Position numbers and translations under genes: made by a program
Shown: piece by piece, positions 28,680 to 38,185 of the stretch
Layout of the letters: each line of letters opens with the position of its first letter
Position numbering within the stretch: position 1 is the first letter of the stretch
NCBI GenBank assembly: GCA_963663275.1
Contig: OY760183.1
Coordinates: 1,120,001 to 1,184,000 of the forward strand
Direction: 5' to 3'
DNA length: 64,000 nucleotides
Source: Chloroflexota bacterium
GTDB lineage: Bacteria > Chloroflexota > UBA11872 > VXOZ01
The notes under the pieces: model-generated
The model's input: the letters and a program-made list of their open reading frames with translations, nothing else
What the model was told of the DNA's origin: nothing
The model's database searches: none

Positions 28680-28960
28680 GGCGCTCCGGGCGCAAGCGGT
28701 CTTGCGATGTGCGCCGTTTGCGTTCAGCGCACCCGATTTTCATTGCCATTGGTTTGCGCTGAGCGCAGGCGGGCTCACGAAGAGCGCCGTTCGCGCCGGG
28801 CGCAAGCAGGCTCACGATGTGCGCCGTTCGTTTTAAGCGCAAGCGGGTATAGGACGTACGCCGTTCGTGTTGAGCGAAAGCGCGTTTGCAGTGTGTGGCC
28901 CTTGCGCTGAGTGTAAGCGCGGTCGCAATCTGAGCCGTTCGCGCTGAGCCTGTCGAAGCG
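28680..28960 (+). repeat. Degenerate ~37-bp tandem array ending in an intact GCCGTTCGCGCTGAGCCTGTCGAAG repeat
   Basis: About 7 units such as GCCGTTCGCGCCGGGCGCAAGCAGGCTCACGATGTGC and GCCGTTCGTTTTAAGCGCAAGCGGGTATAGGACGTAC. Confidence 0.7.
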
Positions 28961-29039
28961 CAGGCCGGCGCGGTGTCTCTGTCGCGTGTCCGCCCGCCAA
29001 GTGACGCGGTTTCACCAGCATGGAGACGGGAGCGGGTGC

Positions 29040-29852
29040 ATGAGCGCGCAGCCCCAGACCGCGCGGCAGGCGGACAGACCCGCCGCTGAGACCGCCGCCA
29101 CGCCCCGCGCGGAACTCCACGGCGTCACCTTCGCCTACCGTGAAGGCCAGCCAATCTTCCGGGACTTCTGCTGGCGAATCGCGCCCGGCGAGGCCTGGTC
29201 CGTCATCGGCCCCTCCGGTTGCGGCAAGTCCACGCTGCTCTACCTGCTCACGGGCCTGCGGCAACCCCAGGCGGGCAGCGTGCGCGTGGACGGCGGCGCC
29301 GTGGGCAAGCCGCGCCCCAGCAGCACGACCGGCCTGATCCTGCAAGACTACGGCCTGCTGCCCTGGGCGACGGTGTGGGACAACGTGCGGCTGGGCCTGC
29401 AATTGCGCGGCGCGCCGCGCGCCCAGCAGGAGGAACAGGTAGCCTACTGGCTGGAGCGGCTCGGCATCGCGGCGCTGCGCGACCACTATCCCGCCCAACT
29501 CTCCGGCGGCCAACGCCAGCGCGCGGCCATCGCCCGCACCTTGGTCTTCCAGCCGAACCTGCTGCTGATGGACGAGCCGTTCAACTCGCTGGACGCCCTC
29601 ACCCGCGAGCGCCTGCAACACGTGGTCCTGGAGTTGATTGTGGAACACGGCCTGACGACGGTGCTGGTGACGCACAATATCGAGGAGGCGGTCTTTCTCG
29701 GCCAAAGGGTGCTGGCGCTGGCCCAGCCGCCCACCGCCGCGACGACGATTTTCGAGAATACCCACGACGATCCCCACGCCTACCGCTCGGCGCCGGCGTT
29801 CCTCACCCAATGCACGGCTCTGCGGACGCTCCTGGGCGGGCCGGAGGAGTAG
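29040..29852 (+). CDS. ABC transporter ATP-binding protein (TauB/SsuB-like)
   Basis: GPSGCGKST, LLPWATV, YPAQLSGGQRQR, LMDEPF and VTHNIEEAV motifs. Confidence 0.9.
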   Translation: MSAQPQTARQADRPAAETAATPRAELHGVTFAYREGQPIFRDFCWRIAPGEAWSVIGPSGCGKSTLLYLLTGLRQPQAGSVRVDGGAVGKPRPSSTTGLILQDYGLLPWATVWDNVRLGLQLRGAPRAQQEEQVAYWLERLGIAALRDHYPAQLSGGQRQRAAIARTLVFQPNLLLMDEPFNSLDALTRERLQHVVLELIVEHGLTTVLVTHNIEEAVFLGQRVLALAQPPTAATTIFENTHDDPHAYRSAPAFLTQCTALRTLLGGPEE

Positions 29853-29945
29853 AAAGCGCCAGGCCGCCGGCTCAGTGGCGTCGCGTAAAGCGTCATGCGC
29901 GACATTGTTTCTCCAGAACTTGAGAATCGGCTGAACCCGCACGCA

Positions 29946-30670
29946 GCCGTTCGCCTTGAGCCTGTCGAAAGGCCCGTGCTGAGCTTGCCGAAGTATGGAC
30001 GGCGGGTTGGTTGTAGAGCACTTGTACTACCGGTTCATACTTCGACGGGCTCAGCACGAACGGGTAGTACAGTGCTCATCAGATCTATTGCGACAATATC
30101 GGGCCGCCGGCCGAGCGCGCCCGGTGTGTTAGGCTGTGTGGAGACCTGCCCGTTATTGTCATGAGAACAACTGGCGCAGGCAGTGCCGCTCCGGTAGCGC
30201 AGGTTTGTAACCTGCGCCCGCCGTCGCACATGGAAGGCAGGAGGCGGGGGACAAGCCCCCGCGCTACGACAGATTCCCTCTCCTGGGGGAGAGGGTTAGG
30301 GTGAGGGGGGACGGGCCTGGTAGGTGTGGCAGAAAGATTCGAGGCAAGGGACATTGCGGTGTCGGCGTGCGACAATTCCGGTAGCGCAGGTTTGTAACCT
30401 GCGTCCGCCGTCGCCCCGCCGCATGGGAGAGAGCAGGAGGCGGGGGACAAGCCCCCGCGCTACGAGAGAGGACGCTGCATCAGGCGGGGGACGAGCCCCC
30501 GCGCTACGACAGGTTCCCTCTCCTGGGGGAGAGGGTTAGATTGATGCGACAGCATTAGGGCTAAGCCCCTGCGATACGTCCATAGCCGCCGCGCGCGGGG
30601 AGCAAGAGGCGGGGGACGAGCCCCCGCGCTACATAGTTGCAACAACATCAGGGACAAGCCCCTGTGATAC
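29946..30670. repeat. Large mixed REP-like cluster
   Basis: GCCGTTCGCCTTGAGCCTGTCGAAAGG ... CTTCGACGGGCTCAGCACGAACGG doublet, CCGGTAGCGCAGGTTTGTAACCTGCG x2, GCGGGGGAC(A/G)AGCCCCCGCGCTAC x4 and CCCTCTCCTGGGGGAGAGGG x2. Confidence 0.85.
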
Positions 30671-30690
30671 GTGTATAGCATGAACGCGCT

Positions 30691-31524
30691 GTGAATAGCA
30701 TGAATGCCATTCCGCACTACATCATGAGCAAGGACAACCCGCAGATCAAGCGGGCGCGGGCGTTGCTGCAATCCTCGCGGCAGCGGCGGGAGGAGCGGGC
30801 GTTCGTGGTGGAGGGAGTGCGTCTGGTGGAGGAGGCGCTTGCCGCCGGGCGCGTGGCGGCGCTTTTCGCCTGTCCCGAAATGCTGGCCGCCCACGCCCGC
30901 AGCCGTGTGTTTCTCGAAAACCTGGACGACCCCGGCGACTACGCCCTCATCCACGTCGCGCCGGACATCTTCGCGGCTTTGGCGGATACCGCCTCGCCCC
31001 AGGGTGTCGCGGCGGTCTGTTCCATGCCGGCAGAGTCGGCGCTGCCGGCCGCAACCAACCTGGCCGTGCTGCTCGACGGCGTGCAAGACCCCGGCAACGC
31101 CGGTATGATCCTGCGCGCCGCCGCGGCCGCCAACGCCGGCGGTGTGCTCTTTGGGCCCGGCAGCGTCGATCCGTACAATCCCAAAGTGCTGCGCGGCGCG
31201 ATGGGCGCGCACTTTCGCACAACGCTGCTCAACCTCCGCAGCGAGGATGACGCGCGCCAGGCGGCGGGCAGGTTTCCGCAGCGGGTCGCGGCGGCGGCGC
31301 GAGAGGGCGCGCGCTACGATACGCTCGATTGGACCGAACCGACACTGCTGATCGTCGGCGCGGAGGCCCACGGCGCCAGCGCGTTGGGAACCAGCCTGCA
31401 AACCGCGGCCGCGTCGATCCCGCTCGCCAGGGGGGTCGAATCCCTCAACGTGGGCATGGCCGCGGGCATCCTGCTCTTCGAGGCCGTGCGGCAGCGGCAA
31501 ACTACCGCACAGAACCCCGCTTAG
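30691..31524 (+). CDS. TrmH/SpoU family RNA methyltransferase
   Basis: FVVEGVRLVEEAL, DGVQDPGNAG.ILR, VGAEAHG and VESLNVG motifs. Confidence 0.92.
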   Translation: MNSMNAIPHYIMSKDNPQIKRARALLQSSRQRREERAFVVEGVRLVEEALAAGRVAALFACPEMLAAHARSRVFLENLDDPGDYALIHVAPDIFAALADTASPQGVAAVCSMPAESALPAATNLAVLLDGVQDPGNAGMILRAAAAANAGGVLFGPGSVDPYNPKVLRGAMGAHFRTTLLNLRSEDDARQAAGRFPQRVAAAAREGARYDTLDWTEPTLLIVGAEAHGASALGTSLQTAAASIPLARGVESLNVGMAAGILLFEAVRQRQTTAQNPA

Positions 31525-32522
31525 CTGTCCGCATCCCCAGTGCGCGCATCGTCAGCGGTGAAAGAAGCAAGCGCCGCGTCCCACGCCGTCTCCGACGCCA
31601 GCACGCTCAGCACGTACTCGTTCAGACCCTCCGCTTGCGGAATCTCGTGCGTGGTTACGGCGTAGAGCACGTCGCCGTCGGAGATGGTGTGCAGCGGTTC
31701 GATCGCCCGTGCCATGGACGTATGCACGTGGCGGGCCAGTTGGCGCTGCGACCACCCGCCGAGGGATTGGTTGGTGACGACCACGGTCAGGGTCGTGTTG
31801 CCGCGCGGCGGCAGACCGGCGTCGGCTACCCGCGGCCGCGCGCCCGTGCGCGGGTCCCGGGAACCGCGCACCACCCGCCCCTGGCGGTCTACCAGCGCGC
31901 CCACCGCGTTCACCACCGTGAAGACGGCCACTTTCACGCCGTCGATCTCGCGGAACGCGCCGCCCTGCCCGGCGGATTCGCTTTGGTAGGGGTCTTGCAG
32001 CCACTTGCCCACCGTCGCCGAGCGGCCGGCGCCGCGCGGCCCCAGCGGAAAAACGCCGGGAAGTGCCGCTTTGAGCGCCGCGCGCCCCAATGCCTTGTCG
32101 GGGTAGACGGCGTTGTCGCGGGGGCCGAAGTCATAGATGATCGCGCCGGAGACCAGGGCGATGTTGCCCCAGTGCGGCGAATAATCGCGCTGGGCGAGCA
32201 GTTCCGCCGCCACGCCCGTAGCCGCTTCCAGGCCGTAGAACGAGCCGCCGGCCAGGCAGATGGCGTCCAGGCGGCCTTCACCGTTTTGCAGCGCCTCGGT
32301 ATAGAGCGTGGCGTGCGCGCCGCCGCGAATGTCCACGGCGGCGGTGGCCCCGTGGTCGAATTGGAAGACCGTGCAGCCGGTCGGGCCGGCCTCGTACTCG
32401 GCGACGCCGATTGCCAGGCGCGGGAAGTCGAACGTGAGCCGCGGGCCGCTGAACGCGGTGCGCGGCACAAGTTCCAGCGAGTCGTTGGAGCGCGGCGGCT
32501 GGTTTGCGTTCGACTCCGTCAT
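31521..32522 (-). CDS. Peptidase S58 / DmpA (P1) family
   Basis: TGCTV, DIRGGA, LAGGSFYGL, VVNAVG, GNTT and HTISDGDVLY motifs. Confidence 0.85.
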   Translation of the reverse strand: MTESNANQPPRSNDSLELVPRTAFSGPRLTFDFPRLAIGVAEYEAGPTGCTVFQFDHGATAAVDIRGGAHATLYTEALQNGEGRLDAICLAGGSFYGLEAATGVAAELLAQRDYSPHWGNIALVSGAIIYDFGPRDNAVYPDKALGRAALKAALPGVFPLGPRGAGRSATVGKWLQDPYQSESAGQGGAFREIDGVKVAVFTVVNAVGALVDRQGRVVRGSRDPRTGARPRVADAGLPPRGNTTLTVVVTNQSLGGWSQRQLARHVHTSMARAIEPLHTISDGDVLYAVTTHEIPQAEGLNEYVLSVLASETAWDAALASFTADDARTGDADS

Positions 32523-32569
32523 GCGCCTTCCTCTTTCCTACGCCCAACTGAGTTTTTCTGTGCCTGTCT

Positions 32570-32869
32570 GAGACCTTTGCATTAATCCGTCATTCCGGCG
32601 CAAAGCCGGAATCCAGATCTCACTTACAACGATATTTGGCTTGATTTCAATCCGTTTCACCCCCCCATCCCAACCTTCCCCCTCAAGGGGCTGACAGGGG
32701 TAGGCACGTGTCATTCCGAGCGGAGCGAGGAATCTAGAACCGACGTTTTTGCAGCGAAAGCCTTAGATTCCTCTCTCCGCTGCGCTCCGCTCGGAATGAC
32801 ACGTGGAGTCGAATGTAGAATGCCTACCCCTGTCAGCCCTCGAGAGGGAAGGGGTAACGCAAGGGTCTC
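32570..32869. mobile_element. 140-bp-family MITE interrupted by the 17-bp-TIR MITE (32690..32837)
   Basis: Outer GAGACCTTTGCATTA ... AACGCAAGGGTCTC; inner GCTGACAGGGGTAGGCA ... TGCCTACCCCTGTCAGC with flanks CCTCAAGGG / CCTCGAGAG (7/9). Confidence 0.8.
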
Positions 32870-32933
32870 CAACTGTGCCCTGTGTCAGCGCGCGCGCCGC
32901 GCCGCGATTGCCGGGTAGGCCGGGCACACTGGC

Positions 32934-34049
32934 TCACCGTGTCGCGAACCGCTCGGGAGAATAGGGTTCCAACGGCGCCAGATCGCCGTCGTAGATGGCA
33001 TTGCGCATGAGGCGCGCGGTGATCGGGGCCAGCAAGATGCCGTTGCGGTGGTGCCCGGCGGCGACCCAGAGGCCCGGCCGGCCGGCGACGGGCCCCAGCA
33101 GAGGCAGCCGGTCGGGCGGCGTGGGCCGCAAGCCCGCGCTGAAGTGGCCCACCCGCGCGTCGGCCAGGCTGGGCGCGACCCTTTGCAGAATCTTGATGAG
33201 GGACGCCACACCACCGGCGGTGTTCTCGCGGGCGAACCCGGCGTCCTCTTCCGTGGCCCCGACGACGATGCGGCCGTCCTGTTTGGGCGCCAGATAGCCA
33301 CCCGCGCCAAAGACGACCCGCCGCAGCGGACGATCATAGGTCTCCAGCACCATCACCTGGCCGCGGGTCGGCTTCAAGGGCAGCGTGAGGCCCAAGCGGT
33401 CGCCGAGCAAGCGGCTCCAAGCGCCGGCGGCGATGACAACGTGGTCGGCATGCACCGGGCCGGCGACGGTGTGCAGACCGGTGACGCGCTCGCCGGCGGT
33501 CAGAAAGTCGTGCACCGGCGTGTGTTCGTGCAGGGTCACGCCCCGGGCTACGGCCGCCAGCGCGAGCGCGTGCATGAGTTGCGGCGCGTAGACGTGGGCG
33601 TCGTCATGGAAGAGCAGCCCGCCGAGGGCTTTGGCGGCAACCAGCGGCTCGGCGCGTTGCACCGCCTCGGCATCGAGCCACTCCACCCGCCGGCCCCGCG
33701 CGGCCAGGACCTCCGCCTGGTGCTCCAGGAAGAGCGCCTGGGTCTTGCCAAAGACGACGGTGAGCGCGCCGGATTGGGTGTAGGTGGCGTCCAGTCCGGT
33801 GACTGCTTCGAGTTCCGCCGCGAAAGCGGGATAGAGTTGGGCGGACCGCACGGCCAGATTGGCGAATGAGTCCCGGTCGTCGTCCTCCACGCCGGAGCCC
33901 AGAATGCCGGCCGCGGCGATGCGCGCCTGGCCGCCGACGCGCTCTTGCTCGAACACGTCCGCTTGCATCCCGGCCTTGGCCAATTCGAAGGCCAGGGCGC
34001 AGCCGATGATGCCGCCGCCGACGATGGCGACTTGGGTGGTCATGGACAT
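32934..34049 (-). CDS. thiO: Glycine oxidase
   Basis: IVGGGIIG, AAAGIL, GLRP and GHHRNGILLAP motifs; thiamine operon context. Confidence 0.92.
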   Translation of the reverse strand: MSMTTQVAIVGGGIIGCALAFELAKAGMQADVFEQERVGGQARIAAAGILGSGVEDDDRDSFANLAVRSAQLYPAFAAELEAVTGLDATYTQSGALTVVFGKTQALFLEHQAEVLAARGRRVEWLDAEAVQRAEPLVAAKALGGLLFHDDAHVYAPQLMHALALAAVARGVTLHEHTPVHDFLTAGERVTGLHTVAGPVHADHVVIAAGAWSRLLGDRLGLTLPLKPTRGQVMVLETYDRPLRRVVFGAGGYLAPKQDGRIVVGATEEDAGFARENTAGGVASLIKILQRVAPSLADARVGHFSAGLRPTPPDRLPLLGPVAGRPGLWVAAGHHRNGILLAPITARLMRNAIYDGDLAPLEPYSPERFATR

Positions 34050-34227
34050 GGGGTCTGTGCTTTCTGCGGTTTCCGGTGAATGTCTTTACATAATCCTGGC
34101 TGACTGGTGGCGCTGGGCCGGTCTAGCGCCGTTTCCCCTCACCCCGGCCCTCTCCCTGGGGAGAGGGTGTTTGCATCCCCTGTCGCGGCGGGAGCGGCGG
34201 GCTTGCGGGCGCAGGGCGCGCTCCCGC

Positions 34228-34476
34228 TCAGCGCCCGCCGGCGCCGCCGCCGACCATGCGCACGATTTCCACCACGTCGCCTTCTTGCAGCACGACTTCC
34301 TCATGCGCGGCGCGGCGGATCACCTCGCGGTTCACGGCAACGGCGATGAACCGCGCCGGCACGCCATTCTGATCCAGAAAGGCGGCCAGCGTCGTGCCGG
34401 CGGGCACCTGGCGGGCCTCGCCGTTCGCCGTAATGCGTATGTGTCTGGTTTCCCCGGATTCGTTCACGGGCATCAT
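34228..34476 (-). CDS. thiS: Sulfur carrier protein
   Basis: ITANGE, IAVAVNREV and EGDVVEIVRMVGGG followed by a short AGGR extension. Confidence 0.88.
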   Translation of the reverse strand: MMPVNESGETRHIRITANGEARQVPAGTTLAAFLDQNGVPARFIAVAVNREVIRRAAHEEVVLQEGDVVEIVRMVGGGAGGR

Positions 34477-34543
34477 CCGTTCGCCCCGGTATCACTTCTG
34501 GGACAGGCGCTGAGCCTACCATGTCACGCCGCGTGAGCCGGCG

Positions 34544-35314
34544 TCATGAGATGCGCGGTTCGGGTAGTTGCGCCAGGGCCCGGACCAGGGCGCGGGCGGC
34601 CGCGGCCGTATCCGGGGCATCGAGCAGCGCGCCGATCACGGCCACGCCGTGCGCGCCGTCCTCCATGACCACCGCCGCGTTCCGCGCCGTAATTCCGCCG
34701 ACGCCGATTACGGGTATGTCCACGGCTTCCGCCGCGTTCCGCGCTAATCCCGGGCCGGCCGGCGCGCGTCCCGGTTTGGAATCGGTCGCAAAGAGCGTTC
34801 CCACCTGCACGTAGTCCGCGCCCGCGTCCGCGCAGCGGACGGCGGCGGCAACGCTGTGCACCGAACAGCCCAGCAGCACCTCCGCGCCCACCAGCCGCCG
34901 CGCCGCCGCCACCGGCAGGCCGTTCTCCGGCAGGTGCACGCCGTCCGCGCCCACGGCCAGCGCCACGTCGATGCGGTCGTTGACGATGAAGAGCGCGCGA
35001 TCCCGGGTCACGCGCCGCAGTTGCCGGGCAAGCGCATAGAGGTCCGCGGCCGGCAGCGCCTTCTCCCGCAGTTGCACAGCGCGTGCGCCGCCCTGAACCG
35101 CCGCCTGAGCCTGCCGGATGAGCCGTGCGGCGGCGTGGTCTACCGCCCCGATCTCCGTGCCAGGCGGGACGTGCGCGGGAGCGCCGGTTCGGGTCGGGAC
35201 GCGGCTGTTGTCCGGCGCGTCGTTCTCCGTTGCGCCCGCTGCCGGTGGGCCGCCTTCCGCCGCGTCGAGGCGCGTAATGAGCGTGAGGCAGGGGTAGGGC
35301 AAATGGGGTTTCAT
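34544..35314 (-). CDS. thiE: Thiamine-phosphate synthase
   Basis: VQLREK, IVNDRIDVA, ADGVHL, GCSVH, TDSKP and GGIT motifs; N-terminal loop insertion. Confidence 0.9.
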   Translation of the reverse strand: MKPHLPYPCLTLITRLDAAEGGPPAAGATENDAPDNSRVPTRTGAPAHVPPGTEIGAVDHAAARLIRQAQAAVQGGARAVQLREKALPAADLYALARQLRRVTRDRALFIVNDRIDVALAVGADGVHLPENGLPVAAARRLVGAEVLLGCSVHSVAAAVRCADAGADYVQVGTLFATDSKPGRAPAGPGLARNAAEAVDIPVIGVGGITARNAAVVMEDGAHGVAVIGALLDAPDTAAAARALVRALAQLPEPRIS

Positions 35315-35361
35315 GCGCTTCTGAACTCCCGTGCAGGGGAGGAGTGGCGGCGCGCGCCGCT

Positions 35362-36135
35362 CTAGCTCACGACACCTGCCACCGGGCTGCTGGGGCTGGC
35401 AAACTTCTGCTGCGCGATGCGCCCGGCCAGGTAGGCATTGCGTCCGGCTTCCACGCCCAGGCGGAAGGCTTCCGCCATCAGCGCCGGGTCCGCGGCGCGG
35501 GCGATGGCCGTATTGATCAGCACGGCGTCGGCCCCAATCTCCAGCGAGAGCGCGGCTTCGGAGGGCACGCCCAGTCCGGCGTCCACCACCACCGGCACGT
35601 TGGCCCGCTCGACGATGAGTTCGATCTCTTCCCGCGTGAAGATGCCCTGGCCGGAGCCGATGGGCGAACCCAGCGGCATCACGGTGGCGCAGCCGGCGTC
35701 TTCCAGCCGCCGCGCCAGGATCGGGTCGGCGTGGATGTAGGGCAGCACCGTAAACCCGTCTTTCACCAGAGCCTCGGCGGCGAGGAGCGTATCCACCGGG
35801 TCCGGCAGGAGCGAGTCCGGATCCGGTTGCACCTCCAGCTTGACCCAGTCCGATCCGGTGAGTTCGCGGGCCAGTTGGGCGGTAACCACGGCCTCGTCCG
35901 CGGTGCGGGCGCCGGCGGTGTTCGGCAGGATCGTATAGTGTTCCCAGTCGATGTGATCCAGAATCGTCTTCTGCGTCGGGTCGCTGAGATCGAGCCGTCG
36001 TATGGCTACCGTGATGATCTCCGCGCCCGAGGCCGCGACGGCCTGGGTCATCTCCTCCGGCGTGCGGTACTTGCCGGTGCCGATCATCAGCCGCGAGTGG
36101 AAATGCTCACCCGCAATCTCAAGCGTGTCTGCCAT
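35362..36135 (-). CDS. thiG: Thiazole synthase
   Basis: [35 protein letters not shown] and VVVDAG; AGGAG RBS before ATG 36135. Confidence 0.96.
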   Translation of the reverse strand: MADTLEIAGEHFHSRLMIGTGKYRTPEEMTQAVAASGAEIITVAIRRLDLSDPTQKTILDHIDWEHYTILPNTAGARTADEAVVTAQLARELTGSDWVKLEVQPDPDSLLPDPVDTLLAAEALVKDGFTVLPYIHADPILARRLEDAGCATVMPLGSPIGSGQGIFTREEIELIVERANVPVVVDAGLGVPSEAALSLEIGADAVLINTAIARAADPALMAEAFRLGVEAGRNAYLAGRIAQQKFASPSSPVAGVVS

Positions 36136-36314
36136 GGTCGCTCCTTTCTCGGCGCCGCGCGCGGTCTCGCGGTGATGTGGCGGCGCGTTGCGCGGCTGCT
36201 GCGCGCTGCCGGTGGATGCGGAAGCGCGTGCCTGCCGGCGCTCCCCCTCCGCCCCAACAACGCAAAAGCCGCTCCACAGGGGAAAGCGGCTTGCAACGGC
36301 GTCTTGCGAGTGCT

Positions 36315-36407
36315 GCCGCTTCCCTCCGCTGGCATGATCCAGGTCAGGTTCCAAGGGTTGCCTCTGCCCCCGGCAAAGGCTCTCAGCCGCGCGGCTCCCC
36401 TAGCGGC
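36315..36407 (-). ncRNA. TPP riboswitch
   Basis: Minus strand GCCGCTAGGGGAGCC..GGCTGAGAG...ACCCTTGGAACCTGACCTGGATCATGCCAGCGGAGGGAAGCGGC fits the THI-box; upstream of thiG. Confidence 0.95.
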
Positions 36408-36574
36408 CCTAATGGCGCAATTCCGATACGCGCCAGTAAGACACCAACAGTATACCACGCCAAGCAGCGAGCGCGTATACCACGGCGCGTGGCGAGCGGG
36501 TATGCCATGGCGCGAGCGCATGGAAGCCGGCCGCCGTTCGCTCCAAGTCTTGGTAGATGGATGAGCGTGCGCAG

Positions 36575-36845
36575 TCTTGAGCAATGGATGACTATGCGCG
36601 CCGCCGTTCGCCTTGAGCAATGAATGAACGTGCGCGCCGCCGCTCGCCTTGAGCAGTGGTTGAACAAGTGTGCCGCTGCTCACCTTGAGCAATGGATGAC
36701 TATGCGCGCCGCCGTTCGCCTTGAGCAGTGGATGAACATGCGCGCAGCCGTTCGCCTTGAGCGATGGATGAACGTGGGCGCAGCCGTTCGCCTTGAGCAA
36801 TGAGTGAATATGCCCGCAGCCGTTCGCCTTGAGCCTGTCGAAAGG
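36575..36845 (+). repeat. 36-bp tandem array (~7-8 units) ending in an intact GCCGTTCGCCTTGAGCCTGTCGAAAGG repeat
   Basis: Consensus approximately GCCGCCGTTCGCCTTGAGCAATGGATGAACRTGCGC. Confidence 0.9.
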
Positions 36846-37140
36846 TGAACGGCGGGTTGGCCGCGGCGCACTGTACTACCCGTTCATGCTTCGACGGGCT
36901 CAGCACGAACGGGTAGTACAGTCGAATACCGTAGCGCGGGGGCTTGTCCCCCGCTGGGGTGGGTGGGCAGCCTCCACATCGACGTAGCGCGGGGGCTTGT
37001 CCCCCGCCACTTGGCGCAGGTTACAAACCTACGCTACCGGAAACCCAGACTCCGGACGCAGGTTGCAAACCTGCGCTACCGGAGAACGGGAACGCAGTAC
37101 TTTTGGCAACGACATTAATGCGACGGCGTGAGGGCTTGTC
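36819..37140. repeat. Mixed REP-like cluster
   Basis: Doublet homologous to 29946..30072, GTAGCGCGGGGGCTTGTCCCCCGC x2 and GCAGGTT(A/G)CAAACCT(A/G)CGCTACCGG x2. Confidence 0.82.
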
Positions 37141-37152
37141 CTCCGCTGGGGT

Positions 37153-37381
37153 GTTGATCCGGGTAGGCAAGTGTCATTTGGATGTTGTAAGAGGCGGGGA
37201 GATAGGGGAAAGTGAGGAGTAAGCGCGAGGGGCGCGTCGCTTGTCATTCCGAGCGGAGCGCAGCGGAGCGAGGAATCTAGAGAGCTGAGCCTGTCAGACG
37301 CCGAAAAGCAGGGACTCTAGATTCCTCGCTCCGCTCGGAATGACACGAGGAGCAGGACTTAGTGTGCCTACCGCTGTCAGC
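37153..37381. mobile_element. Degenerate third copy of the 17-bp-TIR MITE
   Basis: GTTGATCCGGGTAGGCA ... TGCCTACCGCTGTCAGC, flanks CCGCTGGGGT / CCGCCGGGGT; internal GTCATTCCGAGCGGAGC..GAGGAATCT pair. Confidence 0.65.
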
Positions 37382-37490
37382 CCGCCGGGGTGGGCAGCGG
37401 CGCCGGAGTGGAGTATGCTGGAAGGGCCACCGACCCACCCCCGACGCACGCGCCACCGTTTCACGCTCCACGCGAGAGGTTATGCACCCC

Positions 37491-38102
37491 ATGGAAAAAC
37501 CGGCAATTACCGATCATCCCATTCACGACCTGCTGCGGCGGCGTTGGAGCCCACGCGCCTTCAGCGCGCGACCGGTGGAGGCGCAGAAACTCGCCAGCCT
37601 CTTCGAGGCGGCGCGCTGGGCGCCGTCGTCGTTCAACGCGCAGCCCTGGCGCTTCTTCGTGGCGACCAAGGACGACCCGGCGGCGTACGCGCGGCTGCTC
37701 GATTGCTTGCGTCCGCAGAACGCGCGGTGGGCGCAGCACGCGCCGGTGTTGATCATAAGCGTGGCGCGGCTGGATTTCGCGGGCGACCGGGGGGCGAACC
37801 GCCACGCGCACCACGATCTCGGCCTGGCCACGGAGAATCTCGTGCTCCAGGCGGTGGCGCTGGGCCTGGCGGCGCACCAGATGGCCGGTTTCTTCCCGGA
37901 TAAGGCGCGCGCGGCCCTGGGCATCCCTGAGGGCTACGAGGCGGTCACCGCGATCGCGGTGGGCTATCCGGGCGACCCGGAGGACCTGCCGCCGGAAACC
38001 AAAGCCCGGGAACTCCAGCCCCGGGAGCGCCAGCCCCTCAGCGAATTGGTGTTCACCGACGCCTGGGAACGGCCGTGGACGGCGGAGCGGGACGAAGAGT
38101 GA
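37491..38102 (+). CDS. Nitroreductase family protein
   Basis: RRWSPRAF, ARWAPSSFNAQPWRF, HQMAGF and AVGYPG motifs. Confidence 0.92.
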   Translation: MEKPAITDHPIHDLLRRRWSPRAFSARPVEAQKLASLFEAARWAPSSFNAQPWRFFVATKDDPAAYARLLDCLRPQNARWAQHAPVLIISVARLDFAGDRGANRHAHHDLGLATENLVLQAVALGLAAHQMAGFFPDKARAALGIPEGYEAVTAIAVGYPGDPEDLPPETKARELQPRERQPLSELVFTDAWERPWTAERDEE

Positions 38103-38185
38103 CCCCGCGCCATGCCTGAACGCGCGCCCGCGCCGCGGCCGGCGGCAGGGCGTGACGCATCCGCGCCCACGTTGCGGCGCGTGGC

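Noticed and set aside
36575-36845. CRISPR array (constant 16-bp core with intervening sequence)
   Set aside because: Intervening segments are only ~20 bp and homologous to each other; no cas genes; the core derives from a dispersed palindrome. Same reasoning for 28680..28960.
36087-36906. ORFs with LKANGxAHVHP repeats and other short ORFs containing GGQAPALR, RGTSPRAT or VARGLVPR
   Set aside because: They are translations of repeat DNA; one overlaps the TPP riboswitch; no RBS or codon support.
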